Source: Octopus sinensis
Taxonomy: Eukaryota
NCBI RefSeq assembly: GCF_006345805.1
Contig: NC_043013.1
Coordinates: forward strand, 36,146,001 to 36,210,000
Reading direction: 5' to 3'
DNA length: 64,000 bases
Position 1 is the stretch's first letter, and the number at the start of each line of letters is the position of its first letter. The position numbers and the translations under genes are program-made. The notes beneath the pieces were generated by a model that ran no database searches, was not told the origin of the DNA, and saw only the letters and a list, made by a program, of their open reading frames with translations. Below, piece by piece: positions 51,251-64,000 of this stretch.

Positions 51251-51368
51251 TTATCTATCTATCTAGCTAACAATCTAACAATATATGCATGAATATATGT
51301 ACACATGTATACATTCATACCTCATACATATACATACATACAAACATTACATACACACACACACACCC

Positions 51369-51406
<38 letters not shown>

Positions 51407-51577
51407 CCATACTAGGATAATTCATTCAACTACTTAAACATATATATATATATATATATAAATAATGAGGGAAATAAATTTAATATTAATTTAATTAATA
51501 TCAATTTAAAACCAGTAGCCTAGCATACAAAAATCTGAAAAAATCAGAGAAAATTCTAATACATGTGTATATTTAAA

Positions 51578-52007
51578 GATCCAAGAAGACATGGGACACA
51601 TGATCTTCAAATGTGGGGCTTTATAAAGACAATGACTAGTGACCCAGACCTTTGGCAATTGCTGTGCTTCAGAAGACCGGTCAAGCCAAGCGAAATCATA
51701 GTGATGGTCGTTGTTGGTGTGTCATGTAACTGGCACCTATACCAGTGTCAGGTAAAAAAAAAACCACCTTTCAAGTATTGACCTCAAAGAGGCAATGACA
51801 GGGGCCCAAGACCTTTGGCAATATACTGTGCTTCAGAAGAAGACCCATCAAGCAAAGTGAAATCGAAGTTGTGGCAGATACTGGTTTCATACACACATAC
51901 ACCTATATGAATATGACAGTTTTATTCGTAAGTTACTAACTTGCACCACCATTCCAAATTAACCCACGTTTCAGCAAAGTACTGCCAAGGGTTAAAAGAC
52001 AATTCTA
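51578..52007 (+). repeat. Left arm of an inverted duplication (RTE 3' end plus flank)
   Basis: Reverse complement of 53509-53941. Confidence 0.9.
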
Positions 52008-52075
52008 GCATACGGCTGACCACCTAGTGGTTCTGCTCTTTAAATATACAGATATCTATATATATATATATATAC

Positions 52076-52424
52076 ACCGTATTTGATGGCCTGTAGTATA
52101 CATGAGTGCATAGGACGTACCCTAGCTTAGGCTATACTCTTGTAAAATAAGTTACCACTACAATAATGTTTTAATTCCCCCAGTTACCTGTATAACTTTG
52201 TTATTACCGGTAATTATATAAGCAATTTATTGCATCCACATTCGATACAAACATACCGTAGGCTAGGCTACTAAGCTACATCTACGTGACCTCTGATGTA
52301 TAATTTCGGCCAACAGTCATGAGTTTTGAGCTTACATTGAGTGCATTGCACGTGAGGGGGGGGGGGACATTTAAAGCCACTTTGGGGTAAAAAAGGTGCA
52401 TCTTACAAGCCATCAAATATGTTA
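52076..52424. mobile_element. pogo/Tc1-like MITE relic
   Basis: Degenerate TIRs ACCGTATTTGATGGCCTGTAG / CTTACAAGCCATCAAATATGT in TA-rich flanks. Confidence 0.6.
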
Positions 52425-52450
52425 TATATGTGTGTGTGTATGTGCATGTA

Positions 52451-52851
52451 TACTCTTTTACTCTTTTACTTGTTTCAATCATTTGACTGCGGCCATGCTG
52501 GAGCACCGCCTTTAGTCGAGCAAATCGACCCCGGGACTTATTCTTTGTAAGCCCAGTACTTATTCTATCGGTCTCTTTTGACGAACCGCTAAGTGACAGG
52601 GACGTAAACACACCAGCATCGGTTGTCAAGCAATGCTAGGGGGACAAACACACACACACAAACACACACACATAGATATATATACATATATATACATAGA
52701 TACGACGGGCTTCTTTCAGTTTCCGTCTACTAAATCCACTCACAAGGCATTGGTCGGCCCAGGGCTATAGCAGAAGACACTTGCCCAAGATGCCACGCAG
52801 TGGGACTGAACCCGGAACCATGTGGTTGGTTAGCAAGCTACTTACCACACA
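52451..52851 (-). mobile_element. SINE family A, full length
   Basis: Match to family. Confidence 0.9.
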
Positions 52852-53639
52852 GGCACAGGGTGGTTCCCCATATGGGTGTAACTCAGTGACTAAAATAATA
52901 AAACAATAAATTCGTAGTGTATATATTTAGTATTTTGCGTATGTATATATGTATATATATGCAATGAATGTATATATTATATTTATCCATCAATTTATTT
53001 ATTACATATATGTTTGTCTGTGTAAGGGTGTATATACATGTATACGAATTTATGCATGTGAGTGTGTGCGTGTGTGTATGTGTGCATGCATGCGCATGTG
53101 TGTGGAGGGTGCGTGTGAAAGAATTTATGTGTGTAATTGGTGTATGTATTTTCGCAAATATCTATGTAAATATTCTCACATAAGTTTTACAAGGAAAACA
53201 AACCGGGGAAAGAAATCTCATACAATATTTGCTCCCCAGATTACTACCAACCCCCACAATCATCCCCACCACCAACAACATCACCATCCCATCACCACCA
53301 CCACCACCACCACCACCACCACCACCACCAGCATTACCACTTCTGTCTCTGCCACTGCCAGTCCCCCATTCCAGGCCATTTCAATCCAACCATCAACCTC
53401 TGTGGTTCTCATTCTCTGTTGTGGTTAACAGCTTAATGTTGAAGAACTGTAATTCCTGTTTCCTAAAATGTAGAGAGCATGTCTGGATGTCTGAGGAATT
53501 GTCAGACATAGAATTATCTTTTAACCCTTGGCAGTACTTTGGTGAAACGTGGGTTAATTTGGAATGGTGGTGCAAGTTAGTAACTTACGAATAAAACTGT
53601 CGTATACATATAGGTGTATGTATGTATGAAATCAGTATC

Positions 53640-54330
53640 TGCCACAACTACGATTTCACTTTGCTTGATGGGTCTTCTTCTGAAGCACAGCATATTGCCA
53701 AAGGTCTTGGGCCCCTGTCATTGCCTCTGTGAGGTCATTACTTAAAAGGTGTTTTTTTTACATTTTTACCTGACACTGGTATAGGTGCCAGTTACATGAC
53801 ACCAACAATGACCATCACTACGATTTCACTTGGCTTAACCGGTCTTCTGAAGCACAGCAATTGCCAAAGGTCTGGGTCACTAGTCATTATCTTTATAAGG
53901 CCCAACATTTGAAGATCATGTGTCCCATGTCTTCCTGGATCCCCTTCTTCCACAGCTTCCTTCCATTGTTAGAGATTGGCACTTCTCCAAACAGCTGTCC
54001 ACATCGATTCACATCACATGACCATACCAGTACAGTCGTCTCTATTGCACACCACATCTGATGCCTCTTATTCCTCCCAACTTTTCTCTTGAGATGCTTA
54101 CGCTCTCTCCTACATGCGTACTGACATTACACATCCAGCAAAGCCTACTAGTTTTATTTCTTTCAAGCCTACACGTGTCCTTGGTGGTCAGAGCCCACGT
54201 TGCACTGCCGTGTAGCATGGCTGTTCGAACACACACACATCGTACAGTTTGCCTTTCATTCAGTGAGAGAGGCCTTTGTTACCAACAGAGGTAGGAGCTC
54301 TCTGAACTTTGCCCACTCTATTCTTATTCT
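53640..54330 (-). pseudogene. RTE-like LINE, 5'-truncated and decayed
   Basis: WAKFRELLPLLVTKGLSL...CVRTAMLHGSATWAL...RLERN...RRLYWYGHV...GRRGSRKTW. Confidence 0.85.
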
Positions 54331-54375
54331 TGCAGCTATGCTCTCAGTGTAGTTTGCATGAAACAGTGTTCGATA

Positions 54376-54806
54376 TACTCTTTTCTCTCTTTACTCTTTT
54401 ACTTGTTTCAGTCATTTGACTGTGGCCATGCTGGAGCACCACCTTTAGTCAAACAAACCAACCCCAGGACTTATTCTTTGTAAGCCTAGCACTTTATTCT
54501 AACGGTCTCTTTTGCCAAACCACTAAGTTACGGGGATGTAAACACACCAGCATCAGTTGTCAAGTGATGGGGAGGGGGGCAAACACAGACACACAAACAC
54601 GGACAGACAGACAGACACACACACACATATATATGCATATATACGACAGGCTTCTTTCAGTTTCCATCTACCAAATCCACTCACAAGGCTTTGGTTGGCC
54701 CAAGGTTATAGTAGAAGACACTTGTCCAAGGTACCATGCAGTGGGACTGAACCCGGAACCAAGTGGTTGGTAAGCAAGCTACTTACCTCACAGCCACTCC
54801 TGCACC
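54376..54806 (-). mobile_element. SINE family A, full length
   Basis: Match to family. Confidence 0.9.
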
Positions 54807-55039
54807 TATGTAAATGTTTTTAAAGCCAAAACAATTTGAATATATGAAATAATGCTAGTCAATGGTTTGTACTTTTCTTTATATTTCAATATTTTTGGGT
54901 TATCCTATTTTTGGGGTTGCACAATTCAGAACAGAAAAGCCAGCTCATGACACCATATCTCTGAAGATTTCCTGAAGAAGAGGTGCTAGTATACAAAATA
55001 CTTAAACCCAATGTAAAACTACTGGCCATCGACTTATAT

Positions 55040-55330
55040 TCATCATTGTCATCGCCATTGTCATCTTCACTATCATCATTGCCGTCATCGTCATCATCGT
55101 CGTCATCATCATGATTGTCATTGTTGTCATCGTCATCCTCATCATTATCATAATCATCGTTGTTGTCACCATCATCATCTTCATCATCATCATCGTTTAA
55201 TGTCCATTTTCCATGCTGGCATGGGTTTTATTGGCTTGACAGGAATTGGACTCCAGGAGAGCTGTCTAGGCTCCAGTTGTCTGTTTTGGCATGGTTTTGG
55301 CTGGATGCCCATTTTGCTGAGTGTACTGGG
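55040..55330 (-). mobile_element. RTE-type tail followed by a (GAT)-mosaic array
   Basis: Plus strand CATCATCGTTTAATGTCCATTTTCCATGCTGGCATGGG. Confidence 0.7.
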
Positions 55331-56496
55331 TGATAACTGCTTTCACTTAAAAAAAATTGAAAACACAGACTCACACAACCACACACACACACACACATAC
55401 ACACACACTCACACACATATATTTGTGTATGCATATGCACACACACTCGCAGACACACTATACACACATACATACATGTATATATGTATGTTTGCATGCA
55501 GTGTTGGATTAACCATTAAACAAAATAAGCATATGCTAAGATATAAATGGAAGAAGTGGAGGCACCCAGAAATAGTAAATGGTCTACAGCACAAAAGAAA
55601 TCACTTTAAACTTGCTGAAATAATATTCAATGTGGTTTATATGATTGGAAATATAATTTCAAAGTGTTTGTGGTGTCATAGTGAGAATCTCATCAAAGAC
55701 TGCAATAAAAAATGTAGAAAACTTTTCAAATGTGAATAAAGAGGTAATATACAAAAATAAACATTATGTTCCATCTTACTGTTAGTTTGTTTCATTTTGA
55801 ACAATAAAAATTTATTTTATAGTTTATTATTCTTTATATTTTGAGTTACATATATATGAAGACACCAAAATCTACTAATTATATGTATATGGGGGCAACA
55901 AAATCTATCAATTATATAAATAAATTTATTGTTTTAGAAAAAAAGCAAATTAACACACACCTGATAGGAGTATGTTTATGTGTAAGTGCTTTCACTATTT
56001 TTTCAGTGAAATACTTACTCGGTGATTTCCAACCATCAGAACTGTGCTAATCTGGGATTCTAAGGATATTTTTAAGCATAATTAATAATTTGAGTAAGGC
56101 CACAGTATATGGCTGGTAGAAATTAGTTTATCATCTTTCACTGGGAGAAAAAGACATACAAGAAAAAACAATCTCTGAAACTGGCCTCGAGAGACTTGAA
56201 CTCATAACGCGGTTAGCAAATAGTTAGACATCGTATAGTATTTATTATATTATTGTAGCATTTCTGTCAGTGTTCCATTATCTTCAATGCGACCACCACC
56301 ACCACCATGAATAGCATCATCTTCTCCTCTGATAATGCATTGATATTGATAATGTTGATGATGTTAAGCACAGAGGTGGTGGTGGTGGTAGTGGTGGTAG
56401 TGGTGGTGATGATGATGATGATGCGAAGGAGGGAGTGTTGGTAGTGGTCTTGGTGGTGTTAGTGGAGGTGTTGTTGTTGGTGGAGGTGGTGGTGAC

Positions 56497-56537
<41 letters not shown>

Positions 56538-57598
56538 GAAGGAGGTGTTGGTGGTGTAGGTGATGGAGGAACAGGACAATGAGGACGAAAGACAACATGA
56601 AATGAAGACAGTAAAAACAATGATAATGATGATATGATGACCACGTTGATGAGAATGATGAGGATGATGATGATGATGACGACGATGACAATGATGATGA
56701 TGAAGCAGAGGTGGAAAAGGAGGGTGGAAATGATAATGATTGATTATGATGGTGATGATGGCATTGGCGGTTGTGGTGGTGGTGGTGGTGGTGGTGGCAA
56801 TGATGATGATGATGATGATGATTACGATTATCATGGATTCTTTGCCATTTTTTTCGTTCCTTTTAGCCCCCACTTGTTATTTTAACGGAATTAACCCTAT
56901 GTAAATACCAATTCCATTTACCCAACAATGCCAGCCTCCTTATCTCGTCCATCTCCTACTAACACTCTCTTGTCATTAACATTCCTCCCCTACCTGCCCA
57001 CCCACCTTACCCCCACCCCTTGCTCTACTCACTCTACTAAAACTCATCTCACTCCCTCAGACCCCCACCTATTTCTTTCAAACCCCTTATTTTTCCCCTA
57101 TTTTTTTTTTTTGTTTGGCTTTTCTTGACCCACCGACATTACCATCTTGTCCCTTCAAACTTCCATTACTCTTCTGTTTATGCTAGCCCCCATCCTTCAC
57201 CCCCTCACCCGAAATTCTTCTTTTGGTTCAAGTTTGGTTTCTCTGCTGATTTTTTTTCTTTTTTGTTCAATTTTGGCTTGTTTTTTACTTTTATTTATTT
57301 TTTTTTTCATTTTTATATTGGAATTTTTTTTAATAGTTTGATTTACTTATTTGCTGAAATTTCTTTTTTCTTTCGGCAAGCTGTATGACTGTTTATGTTG
57401 ATGTGTGTGTATATGCATGCATGTATGTATGTACATGTATGTGTGTATTATGTATGTGTTATATATATATATATGTATATATATCTATATCTATATATAT
57501 AGATATATATATATAATATATATCTATATCTGTGTGTGTGTGTGTGTGTTGTGTGTGTGTGTGTATACATACATATAAATAGATATATATATATTATA

Positions 57599-57629
<31 letters not shown>

Positions 57630-58339
57630 TTGTGTATACATACATATACTATAATATATAATATTATAATTATATATATATATATACACATATATATATA
57701 TATATATATCTATATATATATATATTTATTTATATAGATATTATGTATGTATATATATATATATATACACACACATACATACACATACATACATATATAT
57801 ATCAACATCTTTTAATGTCCATTACATATATATGTATATATGTGTATATATATATATATGTACATGTATATATATGTATATAATATATGTGTACCTGGTG
57901 CATGGAACACCCCATCCACAAATCTTCAAAGCTTTTGTCTCTCCCCCCACACCCCATAAGCTACCCACTACCCATATTTATATTATTCAAACACAAAATA
58001 AGATTGTCTATCCTAATGCTATCAAGAAAATACCGGGTTTCCATTTCGCACCATTTTACCCAACACCCTGACATTTTTTTTTCTTCTTCACTTCATTTCC
58101 CTATCAATAACTCACTTCTTCCTCTTCTCCATCATCGTCATCCTCATCCTGATGACACCACCACCACCACCACCACCACCACCACCACCACTGGCACCAA
58201 AACCACCACCACCACCCTAAGAACCACCCTAATAGAACATCGTTTATCATCTAAGTTGCTGTTTCTCAGTTCCGCTGTTAAGTTCAGAGCGGTTCAACTG
58301 AGTTCATGGGTACTTTTTTTGATGGATGGGGACATAGTA

Positions 58340-58464
58340 GAGTAAATGGATGGATGGATGGATGGATGGATGGAGGAATATGTGTGTGTGTGAGTGTGTG
58401 TACATAGATAGACAGATAAATAGACAGACAGACATACAGACAAGTAGGTAGGTAGGTAGGTATG

Positions 58465-58519
<55 letters not shown>

Positions 58520-58760
58520 GTAGACAGGTAGATAGGTAGATAGATAGAAAGATAGATAGGTAGATGGGTAGATAGAGAGAAAGATAGATAGGTAGGTAGG
58601 TAGATTGATAGAAAGATAGATAGATAAGGTAGTTAGGTAGGTAGAGAGAAAGTGAGATAAACAGATAGATAGAGAGATAGGTAGGTAGATATGTAGGCAG
58701 ATAAATAGATAGATAGGTAGGTAGGTAGGTAGGTAGGATAAATGGATGCGTGGATAGATG
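58340..58760. repeat. (GATG)/(GATA)/(GGTA)n tetranucleotide array
   Basis: Tandem GATA with GGTA variants. Confidence 0.9.
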
Positions 58761-58836
58761 AGTTGGTAGCTGAACTGATGGATAGAGAGATGGGTAGCTC
58801 ATGATCAGAGAATTGTGCTACTTTTATAATCTAATG

Positions 58837-59526
58837 CTATGGTTTTCAACCAGGGTCCCATATGATCCTTGGTGGATGGGAGGGCGTCCATATAAGATTT
58901 TGCTGTTAAAGTTTATGTGCAATGAATTTGTTACATTTCTACAGCATATACTCTTTACTCTTTACTCTTTTACTTGTTTCAGTCATTTGACTGCGGCCAT
59001 GCTGGAGCACCGCCTTTAGTCGAGCAAATCGACCCCGGGACTTATTCTTTGTAAGCCCAGTACTTATTCTATCAGTCTCTTTTTGCCGAACCGCTAGGTG
59101 ACGGAGACGTAAACACACACCAGCATCGGTTGTCAAGCAATGCTAGGGTGACAAACACAGACACACAAACACACGCACACATACATATATATATATACAT
59201 ATATACGACAGGCTTCTTTCAGTTTCCGTCTACCAAATCCACTCACAAGGCATTGGTCGACCCGGGGTTATAGCAGAAGACACTTGCCCAAGATGCCACG
59301 CAGTGGGACTGAACCCGGAACCATGTGGCTGGTTAGCAAGCTACTTACCACACAGCCACTCCTGCGCCTATATGAAATATTTCAACAATTTTTTTAATGC
59401 AAATCCTAATATTTAATCATAAAAATGTATTAGGACATGTTTTGAACATCAAACGGCTCTGGGTGTCCAGTAGAGTAAAATAAAAAGCAAAGAGGTCCAC
59501 AAGTCAATAATGGTTGAGAAACCCTG
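58837..59526. mobile_element. hAT (Charlie-like) MITE with 8-bp TSD, interrupted by a SINE
   Basis: TIRs CTATGGTTTTCAACC / GGTTGAGAAACCCTG; TSD ATCTAATG at 58829-58836 and 59527-59534. Confidence 0.85.
58949..59369 (-). mobile_element. SINE family A, full length, inside the hAT MITE
   Basis: Match to family. Confidence 0.9.
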
Positions 59527-59799
59527 ATCTAATGTATCCAGTGTGTTCTTCCTGTTTTCCAAACTTAATAATGGAATCTGATGGAGATTAGGCTGCTATA
59601 TTTAGCAGGATGAGTCAAGCAACCAATTTCAAGGGGTTTTGCTCATTGGTGCTTGTATGTAATTATACAAGTTCTTCATAGTACTACTGGGAGATCTTGT
59701 CTTTGATGCAGTTTTGATTGGTGCTTGATAACTTTTCCTTCTCTTACACCACTTATCTATCTATCTGTCTATCTATATATATATATATATATATAATAT

Positions 59800-60150
59800 A
59801 TTAAAAAATAAAATAAAACATATGCATATATATAAACATATATGTACGTACCTACCTCTACATGTACATATACACGCATATATGAGTACAGGACAGCAAA
59901 AAGGACGTCGAACACAATGAGAAACGAAAACATAGACACAAACCAAAGGAACTGGACATTTATTTAAAAACAGCAAAAAAAATAGAATACAGGACAATTA
60001 ACACAAGGAAAAACCCCTTCTTCAGTCGCTAAAGCTTTCACCTACTCTACGTTTCGAAGGATAAAAGCGAGACATATCTTCGACAAGAAAACTTTCCTTC
60101 CTGCGAAAAGCAAATCAATTAAAATTCTGAGATCTTTTCGCAGAGGGGTA
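59800..60150 (-). mobile_element. Third copy of the 9.2-9.55 kb repeat with hammerhead-like segments
   Basis: CCCCTTCTTCAGTCGCT...ACGTTTCGAAGGATAAAAGCGAGAC and the CTGCGAAAAG/CTTTTCGCAG hairpin are conserved. Confidence 0.8.
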
Positions 60151-60170
60151 AAAAATAGTAACAACAGGAC

Positions 60171-60207
<37 letters not shown>

Positions 60208-60394
60208 GTATAGATAGATAGATAGATAGTCGAAACATGGTATCTCTCGATGTACAAGCATTCTGAGCGAAGATCTCTGTACTTTGTAATATACAAGTCT
60301 GTTTGAAATGTTTCTCTGAGTGAAAATGATACATCTAGTGGCATTCCATGTCTTCTATTTAAAATTTTTTTTTTCATTTCTTTCAGTGATTAGA

Positions 60395-60595
60395 CAAAGG
60401 CCATACTGGGGCACTGTCTTGGAGAATTTTTTCTCCAATGAATCAACCTCAATACATTTCTTTTGTTAAGGCTGGTACATATTCCATCAGTCACTTTTGC
60501 TGAACTGCTAAGTTAATCAGATGTAAATACACCAACACCAGTTGTTGAACGATGGTGGGGGAGAAACACAGACACAAAGACACACACACAGACAT
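60395..60595 (-). mobile_element. SINE family A-related 3' half, highly diverged
   Basis: GGCCATACTGGGGCAC...GCTGAACTGCTAAGTT...TAAATACACCAACACCAGTTG. Confidence 0.6.
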
Positions 60596-62059
60596 ACATG
60601 TATGATACAAAATTTTTTTTAAATTACAGGAATTTGAGGTAAAATAAGTTGGGTGTGTTATGTTCAAGAAAATTTGGAGAAGTCTTTAATGTTTCAAGCC
60701 TATGTACATATGTATCAAATCTCTCTTTGAAGATACTGGTCAAACCAAGTTCTTTAAAGTCCAGCACTTATTCTAGCAGTCTCTTTTTGTTGAAAAATAT
60801 TTTATAATGTAAACAAACCAATCCCAGTTGTGAAATTGGGGTGAGAGACAAACACAAAACAGAGAGAGAGGAAGAGGGTGGGGAGACAAAAGAAGGATTA
60901 GGAAAAAAGAGGTGTTGTATTGATAGTTTTATAGGACATACACATGTTTCACCAAAATACCAAAATTATTACATAACAAGTAGAGACATTCAATCATGCA
61001 TTGCACCTCATCAGTCTGCTTTTTTTGGCATACATACATACATACATACATACATACATACATACATACATACATACATACATACATACATACATACATA
61101 CATGCATGCATGCATGCATGCATGCATGCATGCATGCTTGCATATATATATAAATGCTCCAATACTGTTATAAAATACATAACATATACTCTAATAGGTG
61201 CTGCAATTGCCCCAAACACTGAACTGAGAATTCCTTAGACTGACCAGCCAGTTTCAGCTATTTCCACAGTCATCATCAGTAAGACCAGCTCATTAGGTTG
61301 ATTCTGGACTACCTCATCCATCAGAGTATGTACATTCACTATAAAAATCTGTGGATGATTAAACAGGTTGCTAACGTGTATACAAAAAGTTAATAAAAAC
61401 AGCTGTTTGCAAGGTTATACCATAAAGGAAAATTATATTCGTCAATTAAACTTGACTAAGGATGTGAATAACACCTACATTGCTAGAAATAGGAGCTAAA
61501 ATGCTCCAGTGCTGTTACAAAGCACATAATATATATATATTCATATATATATTTATTGATCACAATTTAGCATTTAATTTAGTTATTGCAGTTTACTATT
61601 AATACCGATACAATGTACATGGGTTTATATGTCTCTTGTAGTTTTAGTAAAGTTGGTGTTTAATCCTGGCTATATATTGATTGATTGAAATAATGTGGTT
61701 ATTAAGCTTTTTCTTTTATATTACACTATGGAAGACGGTAGGGATTATAATTTTTGTACGGCTTAATAGAGTTGTCGCTGTTTAGTTACTTATTTAAGAG
61801 TGGTTGTAATTTACTTATTGAATGTATTGATCGATATGGTTGTACATTGGGTAAATGTGTTTGAAATTTGTGGTTTCTTTGGTTTGTTTGTTCCCAAATA
61901 ACACTTATTTTAGTGCTGTTGACACTGCTGGATTGAGTGGCACTGTCCAGGTGTCGAAACCATAATGATATCTGTGAGTAGCTGATGTTAGATTGTTGGT
62001 ATGGCTGTGGAATAGTATTATAATAATCCTTTTGATATATATATATATATATATATTTA

Positions 62060-62190
62060 TAGGATGGGCTTCTTTAAGTTTCTGTCTACCAAATCCACTC
62101 ACAAAGTCTTGGTCAGTCCAGGGCCATCATAGAAGGATCTGAATGCAAAATCATGTGATTGGGAAGCAAGCTTCTTACCACACAGCAATG
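62060..62190 (-). mobile_element. SINE family A, 5' half
   Basis: GGGCTTCTTTAAGTTTCTGTCTACCAAATCCACTCACAAAG. Confidence 0.75.
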
Positions 62191-62525
62191 CAGAGAAAAA
62201 TAGTGGAAAGAAATGATAAAGAACAAGGGGAGGGTGAAATATAAGAAAGACAAGACAACCAACAGCAACAAATATGCATATATATGTATGCAAGTGTGTG
62301 TATACATGCATATATATATATACATACATATGTATATATATATATATGAATTTGTGATTAGTATTGAATAGCTAATTCATTATTAATGCAGTAAAATGTA
62401 TTAGAAGACATACAAATAATGATACAAATATATAACATACACAGTACAACATATATAATCCATACATACAGAGACAGCTGAAAGTGGAGTTGAGTTTCTT
62501 TATCGACATTATAAAACCAATTATG

Positions 62526-62596
<71 letters not shown>

Positions 62597-63173
62597 TGTT
62601 AGTGGTTGTGATGATAGTGGTGATGGCAGTGACTATAACACAAACACACACACACATATATTAATCTCACTGTGTATATATATGTGTGTATGTTAATACG
62701 TACACATATACATATATATTTATACATACACACTCATATGTACACATGCACAAACACACAAACACCCACTCACACACATACGCACACATATATAGAGAGA
62801 GAGTGAGATGGATAGACAGATATGTGAATGCTTCGTTAATTATGAATTAACAGCTAAGGTTTTAGATATAACTGATTTAAGACATTTGCAAGCATTAATT
62901 GAAGACAGAAATAAAATGAATAGGCACTCTCATAGAATATGGAACCTCAGCTTACCATATTCCAAGTGACCCTGTTAGTGATTGCACCAAAGAAAGCCTG
63001 AAATATCTTCTTGACTTCATAATTGTTATATTTATATAACCCAAAAGTTCTTCCACAGAACACCACACCACACCACTAATTGATATGTTAGTTACGTTTC
63101 TGGGTTCAAACCATACCAAAGTCAATTTTGTTTTTTATCCTTCCAGGCTTAACAAAATAAAGGACCAGTCAAA

Positions 63174-63543
63174 TACTCTTTTACTTGTTTCAGTCATGCT
63201 GGAGCACTTCCTTTAGTCGAGGAAATTGACCCCAGGACTTATTCTTTGTAAGCCTAGTACTTACTCCATCAGTTCTTTTGCCAAACCGCTAAGTTACAGG
63301 GACGTAAACACACCAGCATCGGTTGTCAAGCGATGTTGGAGGACAAACACAGACACACAAACACACACACACATATATATATATACATATACATATACAT
63401 ATATATAGCAGGCTTCTTTCAGTTTCCGTCAACCAAATCCACTCACAAGGCTTTGGGTTGGTCCGAGGCTATAGTAGAAGACACTGAACCCGGAACCATG
63501 TGGTTGGTAAACAAACTACTTACCACGCCACCACTCCTGCGCT
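63174..63543 (-). mobile_element. SINE family A with small deletions
   Basis: Match to family. Confidence 0.85.
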
Positions 63544-63689
63544 TCAAGATTTCAATGACGATAATATATTTTTAGAATGACATTGTAGAGTAGGTGTGAG
63601 AGGCTAGTTCTAGCCAGTTAAAACATAAGACAGGTAGAATATTTGGGTAGGATACGACCAGTTTAAATGATAAATGGTTAAGGGTTGCA

Positions 63690-63995
63690 AGATGATGGGC
63701 TGGCAGAAATGCAAACGTGCTGGACTAAATTTCTAGTGGAATTTCATCCATCTTTGCATTCTGAGTTCTAATACCACTGAAGCTGATTTTGCTTTTCTTT
63801 CTTTTGGGTATAATTTGATTGACTTCCTGGCCCCTCACAATTTCTAGTCTTGTGCCAAAATAAGAAGGGATTACTTAAAAGTTAAAAGATGGCAGGCTGG
63901 GAGAATTATTAATGCAGCATTTCTTTCAGTTCTTTACATTCTGAGTTCAAATCATTTTGAGATCAACTTTACCTTTTAACCTTTCAAAGTCAAAA
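63690..63995 (+). mobile_element. Two diverged SINE family C fragments
   Basis: GCTGGCAGAAA...CATTCTGAGTTCTAAT and TTTACATTCTGAGTTCAAAT. Confidence 0.6.
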
Positions 63996-64000
63996 CTGCT

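Overview
AT-rich, microsatellite-dense eukaryotic DNA with one 100-N gap (11454-11553). It is most likely an octopod cephalopod (inference from the SINE families) and is probably intronic or intergenic. No host gene can be supported, and most entries in the ORF track are translations of (TA)n/(CA)n/(TACA)n or trinucleotide repeats. Retroelements: over 20 copies or fragments of one tRNA-derived SINE (family A), three further SINE heads with swappable tails, decayed LINEs (R4/Dong-like, CR1-like, RTE-like) and two Penelope-like (PLE) fragments, one with RT thumb plus GIY-YIG. DNA transposons: a decayed Helitron helicase region, mariner and Tigger/pogo relics, and several MITEs. Most notable are hammerhead-ribozyme (HHR) motifs. 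(1) A tRNA-headed, HHR-tailed non-autonomous element with an inverted terminal copy and a 9-bp TSD (6681-7167) shares its terminus with a PLE RT fragment at 30.9 kb. (2) A three-copy repeat (9.4, 10.2, 60.0 kb) contains all hammerhead core segments in an order matching none of types I/II/III, a candidate pseudoknotted topology. All homology calls come from manual translation and motif recognition, not database searches. Coordinates of decayed elements are approximate.
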